A stretch of 61,557 nucleotides of DNA. It comes from a virus (Duplodnaviria; Caudoviricetes). Location: the IMG/VR virus record IMGVR_UViG_3300014165_000002, positions 1 through 61,557 of that record, one strand, 5' to 3'. A model generated the notes under the pieces. The model was given only the letters and a program-made list of their open reading frames with translations, had not been told where the DNA came from and ran no database searches. Made by a program: the position numbers and the translations under genes. The stretch's first letter is position 1. Each line of letters opens with the position of its first letter. Below are positions 54,487 to 61,557 of this stretch, piece after piece.

Positions 54487-54756
54487 TCATCGCGGCGCTC
54501 CATGATGTGGATATTTCGGCAGCGGGTCGATCCGCGCGGCCGTGTGCTTGCCCTTGATATTCCTGGCAAAAAAGCTGCCCTTGCTTGGCGCATCCATCAT
54601 TTCGCGGTGCTTCTCGGGCGGCACGTCGGCGTAGGACCAGTGGGCGTCATTGCCGCCGGACTTGAACCGCACATGCAGGGTGTTGGTCGAGGGATCGTGG
54701 CCGACATGGGTGATGTTCGACGATTCGATCGGGGTCATTTCGGGGATCTGTGACAT
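54487..54756 (-). CDS. KTSC-domain protein
   Basis: SSNI..VGHD....TL.VRFKSG...Y.DVP......M.APSKGSFF..NIK. Confidence 0.9.
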   Translation of the reverse strand: MSQIPEMTPIESSNITHVGHDPSTNTLHVRFKSGGNDAHWSYADVPPEKHREMMDAPSKGSFFARNIKGKHTAARIDPLPKYPHHGAPR

Positions 54757-54953
54757 GGCTCCTCCTGAAAATTTGGTGGGCCGAGTTTCACGGCCCTGCC
54801 CCTGACGCTGGGGCTCGCGGATTCGAGCGACGTGAAAGCCAAGATCTCTCAGGGCTCACGCTCACCGTGATGAGACGCTCCACACGTCGTCGCTCGAAAC
54901 TGGTCAGGCCCCGACCGCGCGGCGGCCACGCGAGCCGGAGCCATCTCGCAGGC

Positions 54954-55064
54954 TCATTCCTGCGAATTGGGGCGTCGCCATCTGCGATAGGCGGCGACGA
55001 AAATGCAGGCCAGCGCAAGAGGCGTGGCGATGATGGAAAGGCCAACGGTTTCCAGAGTGCTCAT
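54954..55064 (-). CDS. 36-aa single-TM peptide, copy B
   Basis: MSTLETVGLSIIATPLALACIFVAAYRRWRRPNSQE; ATGA-coupled to HTH copy B. Confidence 0.6.
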   Translation of the reverse strand: MSTLETVGLSIIATPLALACIFVAAYRRWRRPNSQE

Positions 55065-55270
55065 GGTTTCTCCGGTTTGATGCCCATGAATTTGCGCGCG
55101 GCGGGGAATGTCTCAATCAGAGTGACGATGATCTCGGCGGAGCGCGGGACATCCTGCGATCCGTCTTCCCATCGGCGCACAGAGCGCGGCGCCGCGCCAA
55201 CCACGCGACCAAACTCAATGGTCGAGAGGCCAAGGGCGCGGCGACGGGCTTTGCACTCTGTAGGCGTCAT
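55061..55270 (-). CDS. XRE-family HTH regulator, copy B
   Basis: MTP...RRRALGLS...FG.VVG...RSVRRWEDG. Confidence 0.8.
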   Translation of the reverse strand: MTPTECKARRRALGLSTIEFGRVVGAAPRSVRRWEDGSQDVPRSAEIIVTLIETFPAARKFMGIKPEKP

Positions 55271-55593
55271 TATTTATCGTCTCCGCGATAAATATCGCCG
55301 TTTTCAAGGTAGCAGTCTACAATATTGCCGCGCCACTTCCATTCCAAGAAAATATTGCCGTGAACTTCAAGTATTGCCTCGGCCCACAGCTTGTCGCCCT
55401 CGGCCCTCAGCTTGTCGCCCTCAGCCCTCAGCTTGTCGCCCTCAGCCCACACCTTGTCGCCCTCGGCCCTCAGCTTGTGGCCCTCAGCCCACAGCTTGTC
55501 GCCCTCGGCCCTCAGCTTGTGGCCCTCAGCCCACAGCTTGTCGCCCTCGGCCCTCAGCTTCAATCTGGCTTGCCACTGAACTTTGAGTTTCAT
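55270..55593 (-). CDS. Heptad-repeat protein (KL[RW]AEG[DH])n
   Basis: GAAGGA RBS; repeat-encoded coiled coil. Confidence 0.7.
   Translation of the reverse strand: MKLKVQWQARLKLRAEGDKLWAEGHKLRAEGDKLWAEGHKLRAEGDKVWAEGDKLRAEGDKLRAEGDKLWAEAILEVHGNIFLEWKWRGNIVDCYLENGDIYRGDDK
55378..55560. repeat. 21-bp tandem repeat, about 8.7 copies
   Basis: Unit ctc(g/a)gccc(a/t)cagcttgt(c/g)gcc. Confidence 0.95.
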
Positions 55594-55929
55594 CACAAAT
55601 CCTTCGATTAGCGCCGCGCGCCGCAAAACCACATCGCAGCGCCGGCGACGAGCCAGGACGCCACGACGGCTAGGCAGGGGGTCGCCACGATCAACGTGGC
55701 GATTTGCTTCTGGGTGAGGTCGAAGAGGTCCATCGGTCAGCCCTCCGCCAAGCCAGGAACGATCCAGACGCTCTCATGGCGGTGCGCGTGGCCGTGCAGG
55801 TAGGCCCACATGCTGCCGAGGCCAATGTTGCGCCCCTGCCATGCGGCAATTCCGCCGCCGGGATAAACGAGATAAATGACCATTTCAGTCTCCATTGCTG
55901 GCGGGCACAGTCGCCCTTTCGACACGCTC

Positions 55930-55958
55930 ACTTTGTGGCCGTTATGGCCGGGCGTCAA
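55930..55958 (-). promoter_or_regulatory. Sigma70-like promoter with GGCCA repeats in the spacer
   Basis: TTGACG-17 bp-CAAAGT after an A-tract. Confidence 0.45.
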
Positions 55959-56139
55959 GCTCTTTTTTTCTCCTCCGCAAGATTTCGTCGACCGCCCACT
56001 GGACGTGGCGCGCGCTTACTCTCATGAGCGTGGCGATGGTCCTAATGCCGTAACTGCCCGCAAAATATTCCCGCTCGACGCGCTCGATTTGCGCGCCTGT
56101 GAGGCCGCCGCCGGGCGCGGTGAAGTGCTCGATGCTCAT
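55942..56139 (-). CDS. Small HTH-like protein
   Basis: IRTIATLMRVSARHVQW; ATGA coupling. Confidence 0.5.
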   Translation of the reverse strand: MSIEHFTAPGGGLTGAQIERVEREYFAGSYGIRTIATLMRVSARHVQWAVDEILRRRKKELDARP

Positions 56140-56333
56140 TTGCCTACAAACTCCTTGATGCGATCCTTGAGGGTGCTCGACGGCAAGCCGACCGCGGCCG
56201 AGACCAGCAGTTCGCGCGCGACATGGGCCTCGTCGAGGGCGTCGCGCGCCTCTTTGACGTAATCCGTCTCGTCGCCGCCGGCTGATTCGCGGTTCTCGAT
56301 CTCCTGTTGCAGGAATTCCAGCAGGGCTTTCAT
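56136..56333 (-). CDS. Hypothetical protein
   Basis: GGAGG RBS; coupled. Confidence 0.55.
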   Translation of the reverse strand: MKALLEFLQQEIENRESAGGDETDYVKEARDALDEAHVARELLVSAAVGLPSSTLKDRIKEFVGK

Positions 56334-56336
56334 TGG

Positions 56337-56567
56337 TCAGTCCTCCAAAAACCGCACGCGCGCCACGCTCACGGGGATGCGTGTCGCATCTGCATGGCGC
56401 GCATCGCCGCCAAAATATGCAGCGTCGGTGACGTAGCGCGTCACGGCCTCTATCGGCGGTAATGGGCGCGAGCCCGTCAGCTTGCCTGTCCGCAGGCTCC
56501 GCGCGGCATAGGCGCCGGCCACGCGAGGTTCGTTAGGTCGCTGATTGTAAGTCGCGTGCTTGCTCAC
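56337..56567 (-). CDS. Hypothetical protein
   Basis: GTGA coupling. Confidence 0.5.
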   Translation of the reverse strand: MSKHATYNQRPNEPRVAGAYAARSLRTGKLTGSRPLPPIEAVTRYVTDAAYFGGDARHADATRIPVSVARVRFLED

Positions 56568-56806
56568 TTGTCAGCCCTCGCCGCAAGCTCCAGTTCAATG
56601 GCCATGGCGACCGAATCGAGGTCGGGGTTGTGCGTGACTAGGGCGCGGACGTGCGCCAGCCAGCGCTCGAGCGTGCTCGTCTGGACGTTGGGAAGGTCGG
56701 GGTAGAGTTCCATGATTCGCTCCTTGCGGGTTTCAGACGAGGGCATGATGACGGCAAATCCTTTCGATTTTCTTAACCGCACGGAGCGGGGCGGCTCCCG
56801 CTTCAA
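56564..56806 (-). CDS. Hypothetical protein
   Basis: Operon context. Confidence 0.45.
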   Translation of the reverse strand: MKREPPRSVRLRKSKGFAVIMPSSETRKERIMELYPDLPNVQTSTLERWLAHVRALVTHNPDLDSVAMAIELELAARADK

Positions 56807-56914
56807 GGCGCCGCCCCTGGCCGTTTCGGTGGCTTATACCGTGGCGATGGCCTGTCATCCAAGACTAGCGGGTCTCCCACGGCCTCGTCCCCTTCCCTTA
56901 CAGTTCAACCATCT

Positions 56915-59476
56915 TCACGTGGTCCTTTCTGTCATCCATGGGGGTTGGGCGCCATCATCCCCAGGCGGGGAGCCTTTTCTTTCCTTCTCCTTGGCTTTTG
57001 CGAAAGCGATGCGGCGAGATTTTTCCCATCCGAAAATCACCGCGTCGGGATAGCGCGGCGTCTTTTGCAGCGTGTTCGCCGGAGCCACGCCGAATTTGTC
57101 CCGAAAGGCGTAATAGGCCCATCCGTCTTTCTTCCCGCGGTCGCGCGCAATCCAAATCAGCCCGGAATACCAGCGCTGCTTGGTTTCCATGTCGGCTTGC
57201 TCTTTTGGCTTGCGCTTCGAACCGATCTCGGCAAGCTCGCCCTCCTCGCAGGCGATCTTGCTTTTCGGCGCCGTCTCGAAACCGCAGGCCGGGCATTTCA
57301 GGACGCGCGCCGGCTTCATGAACGCGCATTGTGGGCACGCCTTCGGCAAGGCTTCCTTGCGCCCGGCCGCCTTCTGTTGCTCTTCCGGCTCCCATGGGAA
57401 GCTGTCGTAGTAAATCTCGTCAGGCATGCCGAGGCGGGCGATAGTGTCGCTGTGATCGAACACCAAGCAGTTTTCTTTGCCGGGGGCCGTCCGCAGCCCG
57501 CGCCCGACGATCTGCAAATAGAGCATTTCGCTGCGGGTCGGCCGCGCCATCGAAATGCAGGACACAAACGGGGCGTCCACGCCCGTCGTCATCGTGCCGA
57601 CGTTGCAGATGACTTCCAGTTCGCCCGTGCGCAGCTTGTCCACCAGCTCCTCGCGCCCGCCTGGGCCTTCGACCTTGGTGTAGGCGTCGACGTAGCCGGT
57701 GCGCACGCCAGCGGCCAGGAACTGCGCTTGCAGCGCCTGGGCATGGGCGCAGTTGACCGCGAACACCAGCGTCTTGCGCCGCTCGGCCTTCTCCAGCCAC
57801 GTCGTCACCACATCGGCGATCAGCTTCGGCTTGTTCATCGCCGCGCCAAGCTGGCCCTCGTGATAGTCGCCGGCGACGATCTTGACGTCGGAAAGGTCGG
57901 GGACGGACGGTGCGAAGGCGCGGAACGGCGAGAGATAGCCTTTCTGGATGAGGCCGTAGGTCGTCTCGACGACGATCATGCGGTCAAAATAATCGACGAG
58001 TCCCTTGCGCCAGGGCGTCGCCGAAAGCCCGATGAAGACTGTTCCGGGGTCCGCCTCGTCCATCCAGTCCTGATGAGCCTTGTGGAAAATGTGGCAGTTG
58101 TGGACTAAGACCCCTTCAGCAAAATAAGAAGGGTGTCCGCTGACGTGCAGGTTGAACACATCATCAATGCGTCCGCATTCTTTAGGCGATATACTTTCCA
58201 CCCTAACGTCGCCAAAAACCGATCCTTTTTCGCGTCCAGTTCTCGCGCCCGCGGAGAGTTGTGCGATCCACCATTCAATTCCACGCCGAGCTTTTCCGAA
58301 GGCTTCGCCAAGTCGAGCTTGTAGCTCCCGGGAATGCCATAGCCGCGCGGCATACCCGTCGTTACTGCAAACTCTGCTTTCCACTCCTCCCCCAAGATCG
58401 CAAGCATCGCTTCTTGCGGCTTCGTCATAGGCCTTCCATTCCCGCCGCGAACGCTCGGCGCGTGACCAATGCGCTTGAAGGTGGCGCGCTGTTTCTGGCG
58501 TGACGCATCCGAGTGCATCGGATTTGACAACTTCTTGGCACAGGATATCGAGCAGCATTTCTGCTGCGCCCATGCCTTTTCGCTGACGATCGCTCCGCCG
58601 GCCGTCATGGCGGAAAACATCTCTCCACAAACAACGCACATTTTTTGCGAAGAACTCGCTCGCTGCCGCCATGAGCCAATTTTTATTTTTGCGCAACCCG
58701 GACACCGCGTCCGAACCTTCCATCGACTCTCCGCCTCTAACGCATGTGGGCGGAACAGAGCGCCACATAGTTCGCAAGCCTTCACGGCTGAAAAGAAACG
58801 AATCCCTCTCCAATTCCCCGCACGCTGTCCATCCGGCACCTGAGAATGCTGGATGATTTCTGGTGATTCGCAGCGTTCGTCCATTGCTCATTCCTATGGA
58901 AATCGGCGTAGCGACGCGGCGTGAGATCGCCTTGATTCGCCCGACACCTATTGCATTACAAACATAATCACCTTCTTTCAAATCCTCAATGTTTTTCTCT
59001 CCGAAAGGAGTCATAATTTTTGTTCCGCGCACAACACACTCATCGAACAGCACGACGTCAGCCTGCGGGCGGCGGCGGCGCCCAACGGTCTGGATTGAGC
59101 AAATCTGCACGGGCGCGGTGTGATCGGTCAGGAGGTTGTCGCCCTGCACGACGCCGATGTGATCCATGCCGGCGCGCTTGAAGGCGCGATAGGTCTGCGG
59201 GATCAGGCTCAGCAGCGGGACGACGAAGGCGCATGTGCGGCCGCGCGCTCGCGCCGCGGCGAATATGGCGCTGGCGACGAGGCACTTCCCCGCGCCGGTC
59301 GGAGCCGAAAGAACCGGGCGCACGCGGCGGCGAACAATCTCCTCGACGCTATCCCGCCTCATCTTCACGTCGATCCACTCGGAAATGGCGCGGCGGCATT
59401 CGTCGACGGCGTGCTCCTGATACTCGCGGAGGATTAAAGGCTCTGCGGTTTTTGGTTCGTCAAAAAGGGTGGTCAC
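56915..59476 (-). CDS. SF2 DEAD/DEAH (RadD/YejH-like) helicase with an intein
   Basis: LREYQ, APTGAGK, DE|CH, GLSATP, TTGVDAP, RPTRS..LYLQ.VGRGLR, C-terminal CPQC/CPAC. Confidence 0.92.
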   Translation of the reverse strand: MTTLFDEPKTAEPLILREYQEHAVDECRRAISEWIDVKMRRDSVEEIVRRRVRPVLSAPTGAGKCLVASAIFAAARARGRTCAFVVPLLSLIPQTYRAFKRAGMDHIGVVQGDNLLTDHTAPVQICSIQTVGRRRRPQADVVLFDECVVRGTKIMTPFGEKNIEDLKEGDYVCNAIGVGRIKAISRRVATPISIGMSNGRTLRITRNHPAFSGAGWTACGELERDSFLFSREGLRTMWRSVPPTCVRGGESMEGSDAVSGLRKNKNWLMAAASEFFAKNVRCLWRDVFRHDGRRSDRQRKGMGAAEMLLDILCQEVVKSDALGCVTPETARHLQAHWSRAERSRREWKAYDEAARSDACDLGGGVESRVCSNDGYAARLWHSRELQARLGEAFGKARRGIEWWIAQLSAGARTGREKGSVFGDVRVESISPKECGRIDDVFNLHVSGHPSYFAEGVLVHNCHIFHKAHQDWMDEADPGTVFIGLSATPWRKGLVDYFDRMIVVETTYGLIQKGYLSPFRAFAPSVPDLSDVKIVAGDYHEGQLGAAMNKPKLIADVVTTWLEKAERRKTLVFAVNCAHAQALQAQFLAAGVRTGYVDAYTKVEGPGGREELVDKLRTGELEVICNVGTMTTGVDAPFVSCISMARPTRSEMLYLQIVGRGLRTAPGKENCLVFDHSDTIARLGMPDEIYYDSFPWEPEEQQKAAGRKEALPKACPQCAFMKPARVLKCPACGFETAPKSKIACEEGELAEIGSKRKPKEQADMETKQRWYSGLIWIARDRGKKDGWAYYAFRDKFGVAPANTLQKTPRYPDAVIFGWEKSRRIAFAKAKEKERKGSPPGDDGAQPPWMTERTT
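58097..59038 (-). mobile_element. Helicase intein (314 aa) in Walker B, no in-frame endonuclease
   Basis: CVVRGTKIMT...IEDL..GD.V; ITRNHP; VFNLHV..HPSYFAEGVLVHN|C. Confidence 0.92.
58105..58884 (-). CDS. Zinc-finger plus DUF559/Vsr-like endonuclease in the +1 frame of the helicase intein
   Basis: CELC, CPGC, CVVC, CCSISC; TKPQ...YKLDLA....KLGVELNGGSH...D.KKD.FL..LGWKVYR. Confidence 0.85.
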   Translation of the reverse strand: MDERCESPEIIQHSQVPDGQRAGNWRGIRFFSAVKACELCGALFRPHALEAESRWKVRTRCPGCAKIKIGSWRQRASSSQKMCVVCGEMFSAMTAGGAIVSEKAWAQQKCCSISCAKKLSNPMHSDASRQKQRATFKRIGHAPSVRGGNGRPMTKPQEAMLAILGEEWKAEFAVTTGMPRGYGIPGSYKLDLAKPSEKLGVELNGGSHNSPRARELDAKKDRFLATLGWKVYRLKNADALMMCSTCTSADTLLILLKGS

Positions 59477-59706
59477 CGCGCGTTCCTCCTCGCCCAATCC
59501 ATCTGCCTTCGCTTCATGCCTGCGTGCAGGTCGCGGGCCATTTTCTCGTCGTCAGGGTGCTCGCCGCCACACAGCCACACGCAATCCGCCTCAGTGATCT
59601 CGCCGCGCTTGCGTTGCGCGAGGACAGACGGCGGGGCCGGCCGATCGGGATAGCGCCGCAGGAAGGCTTTGATGGCCGGGTCGGAGTAGTCGACGTAGCG
59701 GCTCAT
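59473..59706 (-). CDS. Hypothetical protein
   Basis: Coupled to the initiator stop and the helicase start. Confidence 0.55.
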   Translation of the reverse strand: MSRYVDYSDPAIKAFLRRYPDRPAPPSVLAQRKRGEITEADCVWLCGGEHPDDEKMARDLHAGMKRRQMDWARRNAR

Positions 59707-60200
59707 AGCCCGTCCTCGATGTCCCAATCGTCAGCTTGACCATTCAAAGCCAAAGCTGGGCCATTCCCTCTATCAACTACCCTAGATTCTTCTTTTGAAT
59801 GCCCATGCGAAGCATGTGGTTGTGGTTGTGGTTGTGGTTGTTGAACATTGTTTGAACAATGCTCGTGCAATGATCGAGCATTGTTCCGCCGAGACTCCCC
59901 GCTTTTCCGCCCGGCATAGGCCCGGCGCTCATAGGCGGTTTCGGCTTTTTGAAGCTCTTCGTCTATGCGTTTATGGTGCCATCCTTCGCGGAAAAATCGC
60001 CGCAGCCGCGGCCTTGCTCGCGCCCATGCGTCAGCGTCGAGCCCGACGATGCAGGCAAGCTCTTCATCGTCGTCTGGAAGGCCGCCCTTATCCCAATATT
60101 CGAGCATCAGCAGCAGATAGGCACCGTGCTCAAGCGTGGATAATCGCGACGTGTCGCCCCGATAGTCTCGGACGTAAAATGGAAACCATGGACGGCTCAT
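59703..60200 (-). CDS. DUF1376 (YdaU-like) putative replication initiator
   Basis: PWFPFYVRDY..DT..LS..EHGAYLLL..EYW..G.LP.D...W.HKRI.EEL. Confidence 0.85.
   Translation of the reverse strand: MSRPWFPFYVRDYRGDTSRLSTLEHGAYLLLMLEYWDKGGLPDDDEELACIVGLDADAWARARPRLRRFFREGWHHKRIDEELQKAETAYERRAYAGRKSGESRRNNARSLHEHCSNNVQQPQPQPQPHASHGHSKEESRVVDRGNGPALALNGQADDWDIEDGL
59843..59886. promoter_or_regulatory. Putative replication origin repeats within the initiator gene
   Basis: Perfect 12-bp inverted repeat GAACAATGCTCG-N9-CGAGCATTGTTC plus an extra GAACATTG copy; adjacent (TGGTTG)n run. Confidence 0.5.
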
Positions 60201-60390
60201 AGCGGCGCGCGGGGGTTGATTGGCGCGCACGAATGCTCTAAATATTCGCCTACCGGCATCGTTTGATCTCCATCAGCGGTTCTCTGTCGATCGGCCAAGG
60301 ATGCTTCGACCCCATCGCTTGGCAGAGTTTCCGCCGCCGGCATCAGCACCCGGCGGCGGTTACGTTTCTAGCGCCCCGCTCCAGATTCGG

Positions 60391-60711
60391 TCAAGGCGCC
60401 TTGTCCTTATTCCCAGGCCCAGCTTTTGCTTCGTCGGTCTCGCCCTTCCCGCTCAGCACATCCAGCGCCGTCTGCATGTCCCGCTTGACCGCGACTATTT
60501 CGCGCGCGACTTGGGCGAGGTCGTCAACGCAGGCGATCGCCCGCGCATCGTCCTCGGCGACGACGAGATCGTCCAGCAGCATGCTGTAGGAGCGAATCAG
60601 ATAGGTCAGCTTGCGCAGGCGCCGGCGGCTCTCGATGTTCGAGGCGGCGCAGTCGAAGGCGCGGGGGAGGCTGTCCGGAGGGCGGCGAGTGGGCGCTTGG
60701 CGGTTGCTCAA
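60391..60711 (-). CDS. Hypothetical protein
   Basis: Coupled to the upstream ORF. Confidence 0.5.
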   Translation of the reverse strand: MSNRQAPTRRPPDSLPRAFDCAASNIESRRRLRKLTYLIRSYSMLLDDLVVAEDDARAIACVDDLAQVAREIVAVKRDMQTALDVLSGKGETDEAKAGPGNKDKAP

Positions 60712-60938
60712 GTTCGCCCCGCCTCGATCGCCTTCGCATAGCGCGCCAGCGCCGCCTCGCGCGCGGCAAGCCGGCGAGTCATGCGCTCGATGGCCTCCGG
60801 CGGACGCTTGATCTCTTTCTTCATCGCGCGCTCGATCCAGTTGCGGGCGGAAACGACGAGCAGTTCGATTTCGTCGTGCTCGTCGCGGATGGTGACGGGA
60901 GCGTCAGTCAAATCACGCGACCTCGGGCGCCGCCTCAA
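60708..60938 (-). CDS. Hypothetical protein
   Basis: Downstream of the Cro-like gene. Confidence 0.45.
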   Translation of the reverse strand: MRRRPRSRDLTDAPVTIRDEHDEIELLVVSARNWIERAMKKEIKRPPEAIERMTRRLAAREAALARYAKAIEAGRT

Positions 60939-61185
60939 AACCTTCCAGCCCGGTCTCGTTCGTCACGCGCGCCAAGTCGGCGTAGAGCGCGGCGCGGATC
61001 CTCGGCGGGTAAATGTCTGGACGCACTTCGCTCCTTCGCAACTTGGCGATGCGAGCCACGTCCAATACACGCTCCGCCGGAACCCGCTTCCAGCGGCATA
61101 TGGAAGCGTGCGAAATTCCCAACTCACGCGCCAGGGCGCGCGGGCCTCCCGCAGCTTCAACGATTTGACGCACTGATTTGCTCAT
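60913..61185 (-). CDS. Cro/YdaS-like transcriptional regulator
   Basis: AAGG..ALARELGIS..SI.RW.RVPAERV...RPDIY. Confidence 0.85.
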   Translation of the reverse strand: MSKSVRQIVEAAGGPRALARELGISHASICRWKRVPAERVLDVARIAKLRRSEVRPDIYPPRIRAALYADLARVTNETGLEGFEAAPEVA

Positions 61186-61194
61186 GCGCCGGCC

Positions 61195-61283
61195 ATGGTA
61201 GCTACGCGTCACCGTAGGTCAAGAGAAAAAAATTGTTGCGCACGGAAAAACGCGCTTGCCTTTCATGGTGACTTGGTGCTACC
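61195..61283. promoter_or_regulatory. Divergent promoters, each with a GGTGAC-N5-GCTACC box
   Basis: Minus: TTGACC-16-TACCAT; plus: TTGCCT...TACCGA; boxes at 61197-61213 (-) and 61267-61283 (+). Confidence 0.6.
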
Positions 61284-61318
61284 GATTTGCCACAAGCGCC
61301 GAGCAGTTGGAGGCGGTA

Positions 61319-61483
61319 ATGAGCCATCGGCTCGATAAGCATGCGGTTCAGTTTAGAGCAATCGGCGCTCGCGGTGAGTATCACGTTGAGTCGCGCGGGC
61401 TGGCCCTATGGTTTCGTGAGAAATACGGGCTGGCCCGCGTCGAGGCAGAGATTGAGATCGCCCTCGGCACAAATGGAGATTGA
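61319..61483 (+). CDS. Hypothetical protein
   Basis: GGAGG RBS. Confidence 0.5.
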   Translation: MSHRLDKHAVQFRAIGARGEYHVESRGLALWFREKYGLARVEAEIEIALGTNGD

Positions 61484-61487
61484 GGAA

Positions 61488-61557
61488 ATGCCGATTTACA
61501 CAACCCTAAATCGCATACGCGCGCATGAGCCTTGTTCCGATGGATGGGCAAAGCTGC
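61488..61557 (+). CDS. Partial hypothetical protein (runs off the window)
   Basis: GAGG RBS; MPIYTTLNRIRAHEPCSDGW.KL. Confidence 0.65.
   Translation, partial: MPIYTTLNRIRAHEPCSDGWAKL

Larger units (their letters stand above)
1..61557. mobile_element. Tailed bacteriophage genome (podovirus-type, BPP-1/epsilon15-like virion module), nearly complete
   Basis: Colinear terS-terL-portal-scaffold-MCP-tail tubular-ejection protein-fibre-lysin genes; no tape measure or sheath gene; no host housekeeping genes. Confidence 0.93.

Noticed and set aside
54774-54866. Third canonical tRNA
   Set aside because: No TTCGA T-loop or D-arm at the correct spacing; kept only as a candidate structured RNA
55378-55560. 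CRISPR-like array
   Set aside because: Contiguous 21-bp coding repeats with no unique spacers and no cas genes
1-61557. Diversity-generating retroelement (expected for BPP-1-like phages)
   Set aside because: No reverse transcriptase motif and no TR/VR repeat pair seen
61488-61557. Circular closure or terminal repeat with the window start
   Set aside because: No end overlap; joining the ends truncates the last ORF after a few codons

Overview
The window is a near-complete (~61.5 kb, GC-rich) tailed-phage genome with a podovirus-type virion module similar to BPP-1/epsilon15. The host is probably an alphaproteobacterium (inferred from an Omp25/Omp31-type gene). Positions 1-6.7 kb (+) hold early recombination genes (ERF, HNH and several truncated remnants). 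The - strand from 61.2 kb to 6.6 kb holds a Cro-like gene, a DUF1376 initiator, an intein-containing helicase, accessory and putative anti-defence genes, terS, two tRNA-like genes, an IS1595 element, terL with two inteins, portal, scaffold, capsid, tail and ejection proteins, fibres, an outer-membrane protein and the lysis genes. No integrase or CI repressor is visible. Main signals: (1) two inteins (terL intein 2 and the helicase intein) carry their endonuclease (HNH; DUF559/Vsr-like) in a different reading frame from the intein; (2) several fibre or decoration genes in the virion operon have Sec or Tat signal peptides and paired cysteines; (3) an IS1595 inserted at the terL 5' end supplies a new promoter, RBS and in-frame ATG; (4) two tRNA-like genes lie inside a GIY-YIG-like ORF; (5) an S-[LF]-Y-x-x-x-R peptide is shared by the scaffold C-terminus and three small head-region proteins; (6) an antisense HNH insert keeps a translationally coupled ORF on the operon strand. 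All family assignments come from motif recognition, not database searches.
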